A DNA stretch of 64,000 bases from Heptranchias perlo (GCF_035084215.1 NW_027139559.1:7440001-7504000); one strand, 5' to 3'; shown: positions 23,373-37,810, counted from the stretch's first letter. Made by a program: numbers and translations. Notes: generated by a model not told the origin, from the letters alone.

Positions 23373-24996
23373 CACTCGAATATTTGGAACTCTATAACTA
23401 TATACCAGCTCAATCCCGCTGCATCTACCTGCAAGTATTATGAGCCATATAGGATTGCATATTCTCTGTATGAAACGATGTCCTTTAATTGAAAACTTTT
23501 GAATGATATATTATATATAAATATATAGCTAACTGTAATCTCCAGGCTATAGATCAGCACGGACAGTGATACTGCGAGTGAGAATGTATTCAGTGCAGGA
23601 TTAGGATAGAATTGTTGCAGATGTTGTAAGCTCCTCAGAAAATCATGTCAGTGCTTTGTTCCCTTGGGGAGCTGGCGCCCGTATCACTGAGTGCGACACA
23701 CGGACACTTCCATGTGACCACTTTATACATTTCTATATTATCTATTGCTTTAACGATGTAGACATTAACATGAATGACCAGATATCATGTTTCGGTAGTT
23801 GGGGGTGGGGAGGGAATCTCTGATCTTCTCCCATAGGAACTTTTCTCTCCACCTTTTACTGGGCCTCGGTTTAACGTCTGATCACAAAGTCCTGTGGCAA
23901 TGCAGCACTCTCTCAGTACTGCGCCAGTGTGTCCAGTTCGATTGAGTGCCCAATTTCAGAAAGGGCCGTGAGCCTCCGTAGTTTCTCACTTTAACGCTGG
24001 AGTTCGACTGACTGGTCACAACCAGTCTTCATTGTAAGATAAAAGTACTTTTCGGAAACACTAAGACCTTCTCATGAAAGGGGACATTTCCCAACTGCTC
24101 ATAAAATGTAACGGAACAATACCATACCGGACTGGATTAATGAGGTGGCGTTGGTGCCGTTGCAAGGCCTCAGAATATAATTAGTGTCATGCGTCATACA
24201 TGCGAGGGTTCCTGACATGTGACTCAATGCAATTGGCAAAGGAGGGAGGTGCAAAACCAATGAATTTGGACTCCTGAGTCCCAATGCATAACTCAATTAC
24301 ACCGAGAACAGACAGAATACATGTAGCCATAGGAACCGTGCGGACCAGGCGCGCTTTCAGAACTGGTGGAGCCAACGTTCGGAAAAAAACACAGAATTTC
24401 GTATGTGGGAAAAAAAGAAACATAGAAACATAGAAAATAGCAGCAGGATTAGGTCAATCGGCCCTTCTAGCTTGCTTAATATGATCATGGCTGATCGTCG
24501 ATCTCAATACCATATTGCCGCTCTCTCCACATACCCTTTGATGACTTTTGTGTCAAGAAATCTATCGAGCTCCTTCTTAATTATTGACTTGGCCTCCACA
24601 GCCTTCTGTGGTAGAGAATTCACAGGTTCACCACCCTCTGAGTGAAGAAATTTCTCCTCATCTCAGTCCTAAATGTCCTACCTCATATCCTGAGATTGTG
24701 ACCCCTTCATTCTAAACCGCACAGACAGGGAAACATCCTCCCTGCATTCAGTCTGTCGAGCCCTCTCAGAATTTTATTTGTTTCAATGAGATCCCCTCTC
24801 ATTTTTCTAAACTTGAGTGAATACAAGCCGAGTCGACTCAATCTCTCCTCATACGACAGTCCTGCCATCCCAGGAATCAGTCTGGTGAACCTTCGCTGCA
24901 CTCCCTCTATGTCAAGTGTATCATTTCTTAGGTCAGGAGGCCAAAACTGCACACAATACGCCAGGTGCGGTTTCACCAAGGTCCTGTATAACTACA

Positions 24997-26360
24997 AATG
25001 TAAGCAATCTTACAACACCAGGTGATAGTCCAACAGTTTTATTTAATTATTCCTTCGTCAGGTGAGTGAGGTTCTAAAATCGCGTAGCATATATTAGGCT
25101 GGGAGACGGTCACAGCAATCAAAGGTGTCGTTGTTGTTCAGACAGGTTAGCCACGGAAAGCATTACATCCCAGTACACTGAATACACAATGGGTCACTTT
25201 ACACAGACAAAGAGAGAAAGAGACCCGAAAGGCAGAGAGAGAGAGAATGTCCAGTTGTATTAAAAACAAATAACTTTTTTTCCCGCTGGTGGGGTGATGT
25301 GCAGCATGACATGAACCCAAGATCCCGGTTGAGGCCGTCCTCATGGGTGCAGAACTTGGCTATCAATTTCTGCTCGACGATTTTGCGTTGTCGTGTGTCT
25401 CGAAGGCCGCCTTGGAGAACGCTTACCCGAAGATCGGTGGCTGAATGTCCTTGACTGCTGAAGTGTTCCCCGACTGGGAGCGAACCCTCCTGTCTGGCGA
25501 TTGTTGCGCGGTGTCCGTTCATCCGTTGTCGCAGCGTCTGCATGGTCTCGCCAATGTACCATGCTCCGGGGCATCCTTTCCTGCAACGTATGAGGTAGAC
25601 AACGTTGGCCGAGTCACAGGAGGATGAACCATGCACCTGGTGGGTGGTGTCCTCTCGTGTGATGGTGGTATCTGTGTCGATGATCTGACATGTTTTGCAG
25701 AGGTTACCGTGACAGGGTTGTGTGGTGTCGTGGACGCTGTTCTCCAGAAAATCGTTCGCAGCAAATTACCCAGCTTTCAGGAGAACAGCGACCACGACAC
25801 CAGACAGGAGGGTTCCCTCCCAGTCGGGGAACACTTCAGCAGTCAAGGACATTCAGCCACCGATCTTCGGGTAAACATTCTCCAAGCGGCCTTGGAGACA
25901 CACGACAACGCAAAATCGTCGAGCAGAAATTGATAGCCAAGTTCCGCACCCATGAGGACGGCCTCAACCGGGATCTTGGGTTCATGTCACGCTACACGTA
26001 ACCCCACCAGCGGTTAAAAAAAGTTATCTGTTTTATTACAACTGTAAATTCTCTCTTTCTCTCTTTCTGCCTTTCGGGTCTCTTTCTCTCTTTGTCTGTG
26101 TAATCTGACCTATTGTGTATTCATTATGCTGGGATGTACTGTTTTCCGTGGCTAACCTGTCTGAACACCAACGACACATTTGATTTCTGTGACCGTCTCC
26201 CAGCCTAATATATGCTATGCGATTTTAGAACCTCACTCACCTGACGAAGGAGGTAAGCTCCGAAAGCTTATGATTAATTAAATAAAACTGTTGGACTAGA
26301 ACCTGGTGTTGTAAGATTGCTGAAATTTGTCCACCCCAGTCCATCACCGGCATCTCCACA
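24997..26360. mobile_element. Penelope-like retroelement (GIY-YIG) with inverted partial copies and 15-bp TSD
   Basis: ORF 25199-25636 (-): NVVYLIRC..C...YIGET...LRQRMNGH...EHF...GLNRD; inverted copy 25800-26360 (+); TCCTGTATAACTACA duplicated at 24982-24996 and 26361-26375. Confidence 0.93.
26237..26273 (+). ncRNA. Minimal type I hammerhead ribozyme motif in the Penelope terminal repeat
   Basis: TCAC-CTGACGA-A-GGAG(GTAAG)CTCC-GAAA-GC-TT-ATGA; one stem I mismatch. Confidence 0.75.
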
Positions 26361-29089
26361 TCCTGTATAACTACAGTAAGACATCCTTACTCCTGTACTC
26401 AAATCCTCTTGCAATTAAGGCCAACATACCATTTGCCTTCCTAACTGCTTGCCGCATCTGCATGTTTGCTTTCAGAGACTGGTGTACAAGGACAACCAGG
26501 TCCCTTTGCACATCAACATTTCTCAATCTATCACCATTTAAATAATACTCTGCCTTTCTGTTTTTCCTTCTGAAGTGGATAACTTTACATTTATCCATAT
26601 TATTCTGCATCTGCCATGTATTTGGCCATCCTCCTCACAACTCACGATCCCACATAGTTTCGTGTCGTCACAAATTTGGAAATATTACATTTGGTTCCCT
26701 CATGCAGATCATTGATATATATATATATTGTGAATATATTGTGAATAGCTGAGGCCCAAGAACTGATCCCTGCTGTGCCCCACTAGTCACTGCCTGTCAC
26801 CAAGAAAAAGACCCATTTTTTCCTACTCTCTGTTCCCTGAATGTTGACCAATTTTCAATCCATGCCAGTATATTACCACCAATCCCATGTGCTTTGAATT
26901 TTCCACATGGGACTTTGTCAAAGGCCTTCTGAAAATCCAAATAACCCACGTCCACTGGTTCTCCCTTATCTATTATACCAGTTACATTCTCAAAAAACTC
27001 CAGGAGCTTTGTCAAACATGATTTCCCTTTCATTAATCCATGTTGACTTTGCCTAATTCCGTTGATAGTATCGAAGTGTCCTGTTATCGCAACCTTTATA
27101 TCAGACTCCCGCATTTTCCCTACTATTGATGCTAGGCTAACCGGTCTGTAGTTCCCTATTTTCTCTCTCCCTCCATTTTTAAATAATGGGATTAGATTTG
27201 CCACCCTCCATTCTGCAGGAGCTGTTCCATACTGTATAGAGTGTTGGAAGGTGACAACTAATGCATCCACTCTTACCATGGCTACCTCTTTTAGTACTCT
27301 GGGATATAGATTATCAGGACCTGGGGATTTATCGGATTTAAGTACCATTAATTTCTCCAGCACTATTTTTTTCACTAATACTAATTTCATTTAATTCCTC
27401 CTTCTCACTCGTCTCTTGGTTCACTAGCATTTCTGGGAAGTTATTTGTGTCCTCTTCAGTCAAGACAGAACTAAAGTATTTGTTTAATTGCTCTCCCATT
27501 CCCTTGTTCCCAATCATAAATTCTCCCGTTTCTGACTGTAAGGGACCTACATTTGTCTTCACTAATCTTTTCCTTTTTACATACTTGTAGAAGCTTTTAC
27601 AGTCCACTTTTATGTTCCTTGCAAGTTTACTCTCATACTCTATTTCTCCCCTCAATCAATCTTTTGGTCCTTTTTTGCTGAATGCTAAACTGCTCCCAAT
27701 CCTCAGTCTTGCTACTTTTTCTGGCAACTTTATATCCTCTTTGGCTACAATACTATCCTTCATTTCTTTTGTTATCCATGATTGGGCCGCATTTCCTTTT
27801 GTGTTTTTGTGCCAGAACGGAATGTATAATTATTGCAATGCATGCATTTGTTCCTTAAATGTTAGCCATTGTCTATCAACTGTCATGCCTTTTAATGAAG
27901 CTTCCCAATCTATCATAGCCAACTCACTCCTCATACCTTCGTTGTTTCCTTTGTTTAGATTTAGGACCCTAATTTCGGATTGGACTACTTCACTTTCCGT
28001 CTTAATGAAGAATCCTATCAAGTTATGTCACTCTTGCCTGAAGGACCCTGCACAACAAGATTATTAATTAACCCCTTCTTATTGCACAATACTCAATCTA
28101 GGATGGCCTGTTCCCTTGTTGGCTCCTTAGTGACCTTGTCTAAAAAAAAATCTCGTATATACTCCAGGAATTCATCCTCCACAATATTATTGCTAATTTG
28201 GTTTGGCCAGTCTGTATGCAGCTTAATGTCATCCATGATTACTGTAGTAGCTTTGTTACACGCATCTCTAATTTCCTGTTTGTTCCCATCCTTTATATTA
28301 CCACTATTGTTTGAAGGCCTATAGACAACCCGACCAGTGTTTTCTGCCTCTTGGTGCTTCTTAACTTCACCCAAACTGAATCTACATCTTGATTTTCTGA
28401 GCCAATATCCTTTCTCACTCTTGTTCTGTTTTCATCCTTTACTAACAACGCCACCCCACCTCCTTTTCCTTTTTGCCTGTCCTGCCTAAATATCGAATAC
28501 CCTTGCATAGGGGATAGGAAATGCAGCAGAGTGTTAACTGAAAGTTAAAAATGCCCACGTTAACAATATACTATTATAGTGATATCACGACCTCATATTA
28601 CGAAGTCAGACTAGCTTTGAAATAAGTTAATTCATGTTTTAAATTGAGGATATTCAGGCCTGTCCTACTACTGTATTGTAACTAAATCCGTGTTGTGTAC
28701 TTTATTAATATCGTGAACTAGAAATCAGAGGCAGTGAGGTCCAATAATATCATTGCGAGTTGTAAAGCTAAAGATAATAATCTTGGAAAAGAATATGCAA
28801 AAAAAAATTGCTGGATTGTCACAAAGATCCAATTGGTTCATCATTTCCCTTCAGAGATCGGAACCTGCTTCCGGGTCGACGTCGGGTTATCAAAACGCAG
28901 CTCTCAGGTGTCTCGCCAGGAGTGTGCACTTCGACACACGATTCATTGAAGAACTAAACATACTAACGCAACTGGAAGACGTTTATGTCTTTAATAATAT
29001 GAGTTAAGAATGTTTCGAAGAATCTAGGGCCACATACTTATGTGACTGCTTTACATTAGGGAGCAGGAATGGGAATATGGCAGGTGTGG

Positions 29090-29417
29090 AGACCCTTTGA
29101 CTGCGCATCCTTCTCAACTTGCCCTGTCACCTTCAAAGATTTGTGTACGTGCACCCCAGGTCTCTCTGTTCCTGCACCACCTTTAAAAGTGAACCATTTG
29201 TATCAAGTCATACACCATCCGGACTTGGAAATATATCGCAGTTCCTTTATCGTCGCTGTGTCAAAATCCTTGAACTCCCTTCCTAACAGCACTGTGGGAG
29301 AACCTTCACCACACGGACTGCAGCGGTTCAAGAAGGCGGCTCACAAACACCTTCTCAAGGTCAATTAGGGATGGGCAATAATGCTGGCCTTGTCAGCGAT
29401 GCCCACATCCCATGAGC

Positions 29418-29452
<35 letters not shown>

Positions 29453-32300
29453 CTATTCTCATTCTTCCTACCAAACTACACCCCCTCATATTTCTCCGCC
29501 TTAGATTTCATCTGCCATATGTCTGCCCATTTGACCCGTTTATCAATGTCCTCCTGAAGTCTGTTACTATCCTCCTCACTGTTTATTACATTTCCGAGTT
29601 TTGTGTCATCTGCAAACTTTGAAATTGTACCCTCTATACCCAAGTGCAGGTCATCAATATATATCAAAAACTGCAGTGGTCATATTACCGACCCCTGGGG
29701 AACACCACTATATATTTCGATGCAGTCTGAAAAACAATATTTCACCACGACTCTTTGCTTTCTGTCCCTTAGCCAATTTCTTATTCAAGCTGCCACTGCC
29801 CGTTTAATCCAATGGATTAAATTTTGCAAAAGGTCTATGACGTGGCACTTTATCAAATGCCTTTTGAACGTTCATATACACAACATTAACTGTACTAACT
29901 TCCTCAACCCTCTCCATTACTTCAGCAAAGAACTTCATCAATTTAGTAAAACACAATTTTCTATTAACTAATCCATGCTGGCTGTCATTTATTCGCCCAT
30001 GCTTTTTCCAAATGAAAATTAAATTTGTCTCCAATTATTCTCTCTGAATCTTTCCCCACTACCGAAGTTATACTGACTGGTCTGTAGTTGCCAGGTTTAT
30101 CCCTCTTCCATTTTTTGAACAGGGGTGTAACATTTGTAATCCCCCAGTCCTCCGGCACCGCCTCCATATCTAAGGAAGATTGGAAGATTGTTGCCAGAGC
30201 CTCCGCAATTTCCACCCGTACTTCCCTCAACAAATTAGGATGCATCCCCTCTGGACCGGATAACTTTTCTACTTTGAGCGCTGCCAACCTGTTAAGTACC
30301 TCCTTATTATCTATTTTTATCCTTTCAAATTGCTCTGCTACCTCCGCCTGTACTGTGACATTGGCAGCATCCTCTTCTTTGGTGAGGACAGATGCAAATT
30401 CCTCATTTAGTACTTCAGCCATGCCTTCGGATTCCACAAGAAGATCTCGTTTTCCCAAATCAGCCCCACCCTTACTTTGACTATACTTTTATTTTACATG
30501 TTTAGAATAGACTTTTGGGTTCCACTTTATGTTACCCGGTAATCTATTCTCATACATAATCTTTGCCCGTCTTATTTCCTTTTTCAATTCTTCTCTGCAC
30601 TTCCTGTATTCAGCTTGATTCTCCACTGTATTATGAGCCTAACATTTATGATCAGCCTCCTATTTATGTTTCTTTTTAGTCGCTATATCCTTAATCATCT
30701 ATTTCTAGCTTTTGATGCTTCCCCATTCCCCCCAGTGGGAACGTGTCGAGTCCCCTTTCAACTCGCTGAAATGAGCCCTCCTCCAGTTGAGTATTTTCAC
30801 ATTTGATGTTCGTTGTCATTTTTCATAAGTACCTCTTGATATTATGAACACTGTTTCCCAAATCCTCCCCCACTGAAACATGGTCCATTTGCGCCAATTC
30901 CTTCCCCAGTACTAGATCCATCACTGCTTCCTTCATCATTGGATTGGAAACATACTGGTCAAACAGTTCTCTTGTACACATTTCAGAAATTCATCCCCCT
31001 CTTTTCCCTTTACACTGTTACTTTCGCAGACGAAACTTGGATAATTGAAGTCCCCCATTGTCACTACTCTATATTTCTTGCACCTTTCTGCAACTTGCCT
31101 GCAGATTTGTTCCTCTATCTCCTTCCCACTATTTTTTGGCTGACAGTATACACCCAGGATCGTAATATCTTCTCTATTTTTCCTCAATACTAACCAAATA
31201 GTTTCTGTCTTTGAACCCCCTGCTGTATCACCCTTTCCAGTTCAGTAACAATATCACTGATCAACACTGCCCCCTCACCCTCTCTCCTAGTCTTCCTTCC
31301 CTACCTGTCCTGAATAAATTGTAGCCAGAAATATTAAGTTGATATGTATGAGCCAGGCCTCCAAATTGCAACTATTTCATAATCCCACGTGGTAATTTGC
31401 GTCTGCAGCTTACGAACTGAATTTACCACGCTCCGTGCTTTTACGCACATGCACTCAAAACTCATCTTACTCTGCCTCACGTTGCCCCCTGTATGCTACC
31501 TCCTATTTCTGAACTACTCTTTATGCTAATGCTGTTTGCCTTTCCCAGTCCTCTCTGCACCTTGTTTCTCCTCTCTAATTCTTTATCCTTGTGCCCCTCC
31601 TCCTGCCAATTTAGTTTAAATCCTCATCCACAGCACCAGTTAAACACTTCACGAGGACATTGGTCCGATACCCATTAGCACGTGGCATTGGGAGTAATCC
31701 AGGGATTATCACATTTGAGGTCCCGCTCTTTAACTTCCTCCCTCGCTCCTGAAACTCTGTGTGCAGGAACTTAAAACCCTTTGCTTCCCATATCATTGAT
31801 TGCAACATGGACCACGACTTCTGGCTGTTCCCCTTCCCAGACGCATAATCTTCTGCAACCTCTCCATGACGTCCTTTACCCTGGGAACGGGGAGACAGCA
31901 CTCTGCAGGACTCATGTCGGCGGTTGCAGAAACGCCTGACTATCCCACTGACTATCAATCACCTATCATTTGTGTGCATTTCTATACATGGCTGTGCCCC
32001 CCCACCCCCCCACCACTGTGTAGCCCTTTGCCCCACGGTGCCGTGGATGTGCTCTAGATTGGATTCCCCTAGTTCGCGTCACCATCACTGGTATTCAGCA
32101 CTGAAACCGGTCCGTGAGCGCCACACTCCAGGAGGATTCCTGAACTGCCTGCCTCTTCCTACCCTGTCGGATGGCCACCCACTTACTATCCTCCTGAACT
32201 CTCTTTAGCTGTGGGGTGACCACCTCGGGAAACGTGCCATCGAGGAAATTCAAAGCCTCCCGCATGCCCTGCAGTGACACCAGCAACACAAAGCTCGAAC
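29090..32300 (-). mobile_element. CR1-like LINE with ORF1 (esterase-like) and ORF2 remnants; second-family LINE 3' end nested at ~29200-29420 (+)
   Basis: ORFs 31611-31958 (ORF1-like), 30936-31187 (GDFNYP), 29985-30458 (NYRPVSITS), 29476-29667 (SKFADDTK). Confidence 0.88.
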
Positions 32301-32899
32301 TTGAGCACTCGAGAGAAAAGTGCCATGATATTACGCAGAGGCATGAGGAGAAAAGACGCAGGTAGAATCATAGAATCATAGAAAGAATCAAAGAAATGTT
32401 ACAGCATCGAAGGAGGACATTCAGCCCATCGTGTCTGTGCTGGCTCATTGAAAGAGCGATCCAATTAGCCCCACTCTCCTCCACTTAGCCCATAACCCTG
32501 CAAATTCATCTTATCCAATTCCATATTGAAAGTAACTATTGAATCTGCTTCCACCACCTTTCAGGCAGTGAATTCCAGATCATAACAACATGGATAGGAA
32601 GTTGGGTAAAGGCCAGTAAACAGAGAGTGGTGTTGGAACTATTGCACTTCTCAATATCAGGAAATGAGTAACAGGACATCAAATATTCTCCTCTTATCCC
32701 GGAGAGATTAAGGACTCCACACACTGTGTGTTTGACGCAAAGCTGATTTATTTGACCGATATCATAATATTAAACTCTAGCCCAGTTATTGGGATTCTTA
32801 ACATCCGCAGATCCATAGCCCAACTGCCAGAATGCACATGATTCAATCTTGAATGTGATTGACAGCAACAATAAAAGCAGAATCCAACACCTGCAGTCA

Positions 32900-33430
32900 C
32901 ATGTCAACTGGCTGTGCAGAGACGTGGGATGAATGAGTGAATTTCTTCCCACACACGGAGCAGTTGAACGTCCTCTCCCCAGTTCTAGCTCTCTTGTGTT
33001 TCACTAGGTGGGATGACTGAGTGAATCCCTTCTTATACATGGAGCAGGAAAACAGCCTCTCCCTAGTGTGACTGCGTTGATGATGAGTTTCCAGCTCACA
33101 TGGTTAATTGAATCCATTCCCACAGACCCCACATTTCCACGGCTTCTCCGTGGTCCGGCTGTCCCTGTAATTCTACAGGTCGGACAATCGGTTGAAGCCT
33201 CGTCCACACACAGAACACGTGTACGGCTTCTCCCCGCTGTGAATGGTATGATGACTTTTCCGGCTCTGTAACTGGTTGAAGCTCTTCCCACAGTCAGTGC
33301 ACTGGAACACTCTCACTCGGGTTTTTGTCTCTGTGCTTTTCTAGTCACACTGATGTTTGAAACATTTTCCCACAGACAGAACAGAGAAACATTTGTTCTT
33401 CCACATTCAAAGGCCGATGATATTCAGGTC
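32900..33430 (-). pseudogene. C2H2 zinc-finger pseudogene 1
   Basis: [42 protein letters not shown] repeats with in-frame stops and frameshifts. Confidence 0.85.
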
Positions 33431-33779
33431 CTGATGAATCGAGTGCCTCTGTCAGAGCTTGATGTGATGTTTGGTTTAATTTTCCGGTCTGCAAAGCCTC
33501 CGCTTCTAATACCCTGTCATCACTGTAAATACAGGATAGGAATTCAGAACACAGAATTCTAGTTTCTGTGGAACATGTTTCCTCACTTGTTCCCCCAAAG
33601 CTGCAAATCCCCGTCCCACACACTCTCCCTCCTCCCTGTGCTGAAATCCAAACCTATCGCACCATCTCCAACATTCCTCTCCTCCACTCCCAGTTCTGTC
33701 CCTCGCTCTACTCTGGTTGGGTTCAGTTCTACACCCACTGTGTGCAGAGTGAGAATACAATAAATGTGTGACTAATTTT

Positions 33780-36700
33780 CTCTCCAGGTTACTGGGAAGC
33801 AGAAGCCCCGCCCACTCTTTGTTCCTGGTTACTGGGACCCTTATGCCCTGCCTAATATTTGTTCCTGGTCACTGGAACTCTGAAACCCTGCTTACTATTT
33901 GTTCCTGGTCACTGGGACGCTGAAGCCCTGCCTACTATTTGTTCCTGGTTCCTGGGACTCTGAAACCCTGCCCACTATTTGTTCCTCGTCACTGGGACCC
34001 TGAAACCCTGCCTACTATTTGTTCTTGGTCACTGGGGCCCTGAAACCCTGCCTAATATTTGTTCCTGGTCACTTGGACTCTGAAACCCTGTCCACTATTT
34101 GTCCCTGGTCACTGGGACTCCGAAACCCTGCCCACTATTTGTTCCTAGTCACTGGGACCCTGAAACCCTGCCTACTATTTGTTCCTGGTCACTGGGACAG
34201 TGAAACCCTGCCCACTATTTGTTCCTAGTCACTGGAACCCTGAAACCCTGCCACTATTTGTCCCTGGTCACTGGGACATTGAAACCCTGCCTAATATGTG
34301 TTCCTGGTCACTGGGACCCTAAAACCCTGCCTACTATTTGTTCCTGGTCACTGGGGCATTGAAACCCTGCCCACTATTTGTTCCCAGTCACTGGAACCCT
34401 GAAACCCTGCCACTATTTGTTCCTCGTCACTGGGACACGGAAACCCTGCCCACTATTTGCGCCAGATCATTGGGACCCTGAAACCCTGCCTACTATTTGT
34501 TCCTGCTCACTGGGACACTGAAACTCTGCCCACAATTTGTTCCCGGTCACTGGGACCCTGAAGCCCTGCCAAATATGTGTTCCTGGTCACTGGGACTCTG
34601 AAACCCTGCCCACTATTTGCTCCTGGTCACTGGGACCCTGAAACCCTGCCTACTATTTGTTCCTGGTCACTGGGACTCCGAAACCCTGCCCACTATTTGT
34701 TCCTGGTTACTGGAACCCTGAAACCCTGTCACTATTTGTTCCTGGTCACTGGAACCCTGAAACACTGCCACTATTTGTTCCTGGTCACTGGGACACTGAA
34801 ACCCTGCCCACTATTTGCTGCTGGTCATTGGGACACTGAAAAACTGGCCACTATTTGATCCTTGCCACTGGAACCCTGATGCCCCGCACACTATTTGTTC
34901 CTGGTCACTGGGACACTGAAACCCCGCCCATACTTTGTTCATGGTCACTGGGACACTGAAGGCCCTACTACTCTTTGTTCCTGGTCACTGGGGCCATGAA
35001 ACACCGCCCGTACTTTGTTTCTGGTCGCTGGGGACCTGAAGCCTCGCCCACTATTTGTTGCGGTTCACTGGGAGCCGAAATCCCCGCCCACTATTTGTTC
35101 CTGGTCACTGGGGCGCTGAAGCCTCGCATACTCTTTGTTTTATTTTTATTCGTTCATGGGATGTGGGCGTCACTGGCAAGACCAGCATTTATTTCCCATC
35201 CCTAATTGCCCTTGAGAAGGTGGTGGTGAGCCGCCTTGTTGAACTGCTGCAGTCCGTGTGGTGACGGTTCTCCCACTGTGCTGTTAGGAAGGGAGTTCCA
35301 GGATTTTGACCCCGCGACGTTGAAGGAACGGCGATATATTTCCAAGTCGGGAGGGTGTGTGACTTGGAGAGGAACGTGCAGGTGGTGTTGTTCCCATGTG
35401 CCTTATGCCCTCGTCCTTCTAGGTGGTAGAGGTCGTGGGTTTGGGAGGTGCTGTCGAAAAAAGCCTTTTCGAGTTGCTGCAGTGCATCCTGTGGATGGTG
35501 CACACTGCAGCCACGGTGCGCTGATTGTGGAGGGAGTGAATGTTTCGGGTGGTGGATGGGTGCCAATCAAGCGGGCCGCTTTGTCCTGGATGGTGTCGAG
35601 CTTCTTGAGTGTTGTTGGAGTTGCACTCATCCAGGCAAGTGGATAGTATTCCATCACACTCCTGACTTGACCTTGCAGATAGTGGAAAGGCTTTGGAGAC
35701 TCAGGAGGTGAGTCACTTGCCGCAGAATAGCCGGACTCTAACCTGCTCTTGTAGCCACAGTATTTATATGGCTGGTCCAGTTAAGTTTCTGGTCAATGAT
35801 GACCCTAGTATGCTGATGGTAGGGGATTCGGTGATGGTAATGCTCTTGAATGTCAAGGGGAGGTGGTTAGACTCTCTCTTGTTGGAGATGGTCATTGCTG
35901 GCACTTGTCTGGCGCGAATGTTTCTTGCCACTTATGAGCCCAAGCCTGGATGTTGTCCAGTTCTTGCTGCATGCGGACACGGTCTGCTTCATTATGTCAG
36001 TGGCTGCAAAAGGAACTGAATATTGTGCAATCATCAGCGAACATCCCCATTTCTGACCTTATGATGCAGTGAAGGTCATTGATGAAGCAACTGTGGGAGA
36101 ACCTTCAGCACATGGACTGCAGAAGTTGACGAAGGCGGATCACCACCCCCTTCTCAAGGCAATTGGGGATGGGCAATAAATGCTGGCCTTGCCAGTGACG
36201 CCCACATCTCATGAACGAATAAAAAAATGCTAAAGATGGTTGGGCCTAGGATATTGCTTTGAGGAACTCCTGCAGCCATGTCCTGGGGCTGAGATGATTG
36301 GCCTCCAACAACCAGTACCATCTCCATTTGTGCTTGGTATGACTCCAGCCACTCGAGAGTTCTCCCCCGATTCCTATTGATTTCAATTTTACTCGGGTTG
36401 CTTTGTGCCACATTCAGTCAAATGCTGCCTTGATGTCAAGGGCAGTCACTCTCACTTCACCTTCCCGGTCACTGGAACCATGAAGCCCCGACCAGGCTTT
36501 GTTGCTGCCCACTGGGACCCGGAACCCTAGCCCATAATTTGTTCCTGGCCACTGGGACCCTAAAGCCACGACCCGGCTTTGTTCCTGCTCACAGTGACCC
36601 GGCCCCCACCGCCGCCCCCCGCCCCCCCGCATCCCATAACTTGTTCCTGGTTAGTGGGACACTGAAACCTCCCAAGTCTTCGTTCCTGTTTTCTAGGACC

Positions 36701-36810
36701 CTTAAGCCCCGACCACGCTTTGCTTCTGATCACTGAAATCCGGAAGCCTCGCCCAAACTTTACTCCTGGTCACTGAGACCCTGAATCCGCGCCCACTCCT
36801 TGTTCCTGTA
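33780..36810. repeat. 40-bp minisatellite (TTTGTTCCTGGTCACTGGGACCCTGAAACCCTGCCCACTA) split by a LINE insertion
   Basis: About 33 copies 33780-35135 and ~9 more diverged copies 36462-36810. Confidence 0.95.
35140..36462 (-). mobile_element. Non-LTR retrotransposon family B (RT 3' part, poly-A tail), clade uncertain
   Basis: ALDIKAAFD, GVPQSNILGP, KLDTIQDKAARLIG; 3' end GGGATGGGCAATAAATGCTGGCC...CCCACATCCCATGAACGAATAAAA shared with 7086-7165, 29200-29420, 41145-41485, 59345-60462. Confidence 0.85.
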
Positions 36811-36814
36811 GCAA

Positions 36815-36945
36815 GTGGGCCGCACATGCGCCGTGCTGATCACTGAACTGTTCCCAACTTCCTCTTCCAAGATGGCGGCTGGTTATCTGGTATACCGGTG
36901 CCATCACTGGGGAGAGATCATCGCAGATGCCGCCCTCTGGACACG
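36815..36945. promoter_or_regulatory. CpG-rich promoter-like patch (NRF1-like, YY1, CTCF-like motifs)
   Basis: GCACATGCGC, CAAGATGGCGGC, GCCGCCCTCTGG within 130 bp. Confidence 0.45.
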
Positions 36946-37009
36946 CACGGGTTCCGTGTGCTCTGGGTCCTCAGACCCACAGTCGTGTTTCCGAAGAGTG
37001 TGTCTCCAC

Positions 37010-37550
37010 CCCTCGGGGTTTGCACTGATCGCCGACCCTCGCTCACTATCTCCACCCCTCGGGGTTTGCATTGATCCCCGACCCTCGCTCACTATCTCCA
37101 CCTCTCGGGGTTTGCATTGATCCCCGACCCTCGCTCACTATCTCCACCTCTCGGGGTTTGCATTGATCCCCGACGCTCGCTCTCTATCTCCACCTCTCGG
37201 GGTTTGCATTGATCCCCGACCCTCGCTCACTATCTCCACCTCTCGGGGTTTGAAATGATCCTCGGCCCTCGCTCGCTGTCTCCACCCCCGTGGTTTGTAT
37301 CAATCCCCGGCCCTCGCTCTCTATCTCCCCGCGCCCGCCCCACCCCATCGTGGTTTGTATCGATCCCCGGCCCTCGCTCGCTGTCTCCACCCCCGTAGTT
37401 TGTATCAATCCCCTGCCCTCGCTCTCTATCTCCACACCCCGCCCCACCCCGCCATGGTTTGTATCAATCCCCGGCCCTCGCTATCTATCTCCCCGCGCCC
37501 GCCCCACCCCATCGTGGTTGGTATCGATCCCCGGTCCTCGATCTCTGTCT
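37010..37550. repeat. 46-bp GC-rich minisatellite and diverged variants
   Basis: CTCGGGGTTTGCATTGATCCCCGACCCTCGCTCACTATCTCCACCT repeated. Confidence 0.9.
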
Positions 37551-37810
37551 GCACCCCCTCACATCATTGCAACTGGCAACAAACATATACTGAGCCTGCG
37601 CGCTGGGTTCCGTTGGTATGAATAGGCCGTTTTCCAGCTCCCGGGTATTCTGGGTACGAGCACCTGCCATTGAGATCCCGAATTCCTGATTGAAATTTAC
37701 CGTGGCGAGAAGCGAGTTTTCAGCGCCGAGTGAAGAGGCGACACTAAACATTCCTGCTGAGTGTTTGCAGAGTTTTCTATTTTTATTTAACACTAAACAG
37801 TAAACGGAGG

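Larger units (their letters stand above)
24420..28510 (-). mobile_element. CR1-like LINE ORF2 (APE endonuclease + RT + 3' UTR), disrupted, host of a Penelope insertion
   Basis: ORFs 28293-28508, 28093-28374, 27338-27655, 26797-27390 (KSPGPD, NYRPVSL, DFQKAFD), 24707-24979. Confidence 0.92.

Noticed and set aside
23673-23685. TGGCGCCC tRNA-Lys primer-binding-site-like motifs (also ~63808)
   Set aside because: Only ~9 nt match, with no LTR or gag/pol nearby
24187-24423. Signal-peptide-like MATCILSVLGVIELC as a second leader exon
   Set aside because: No good splice donor and no downstream V exon
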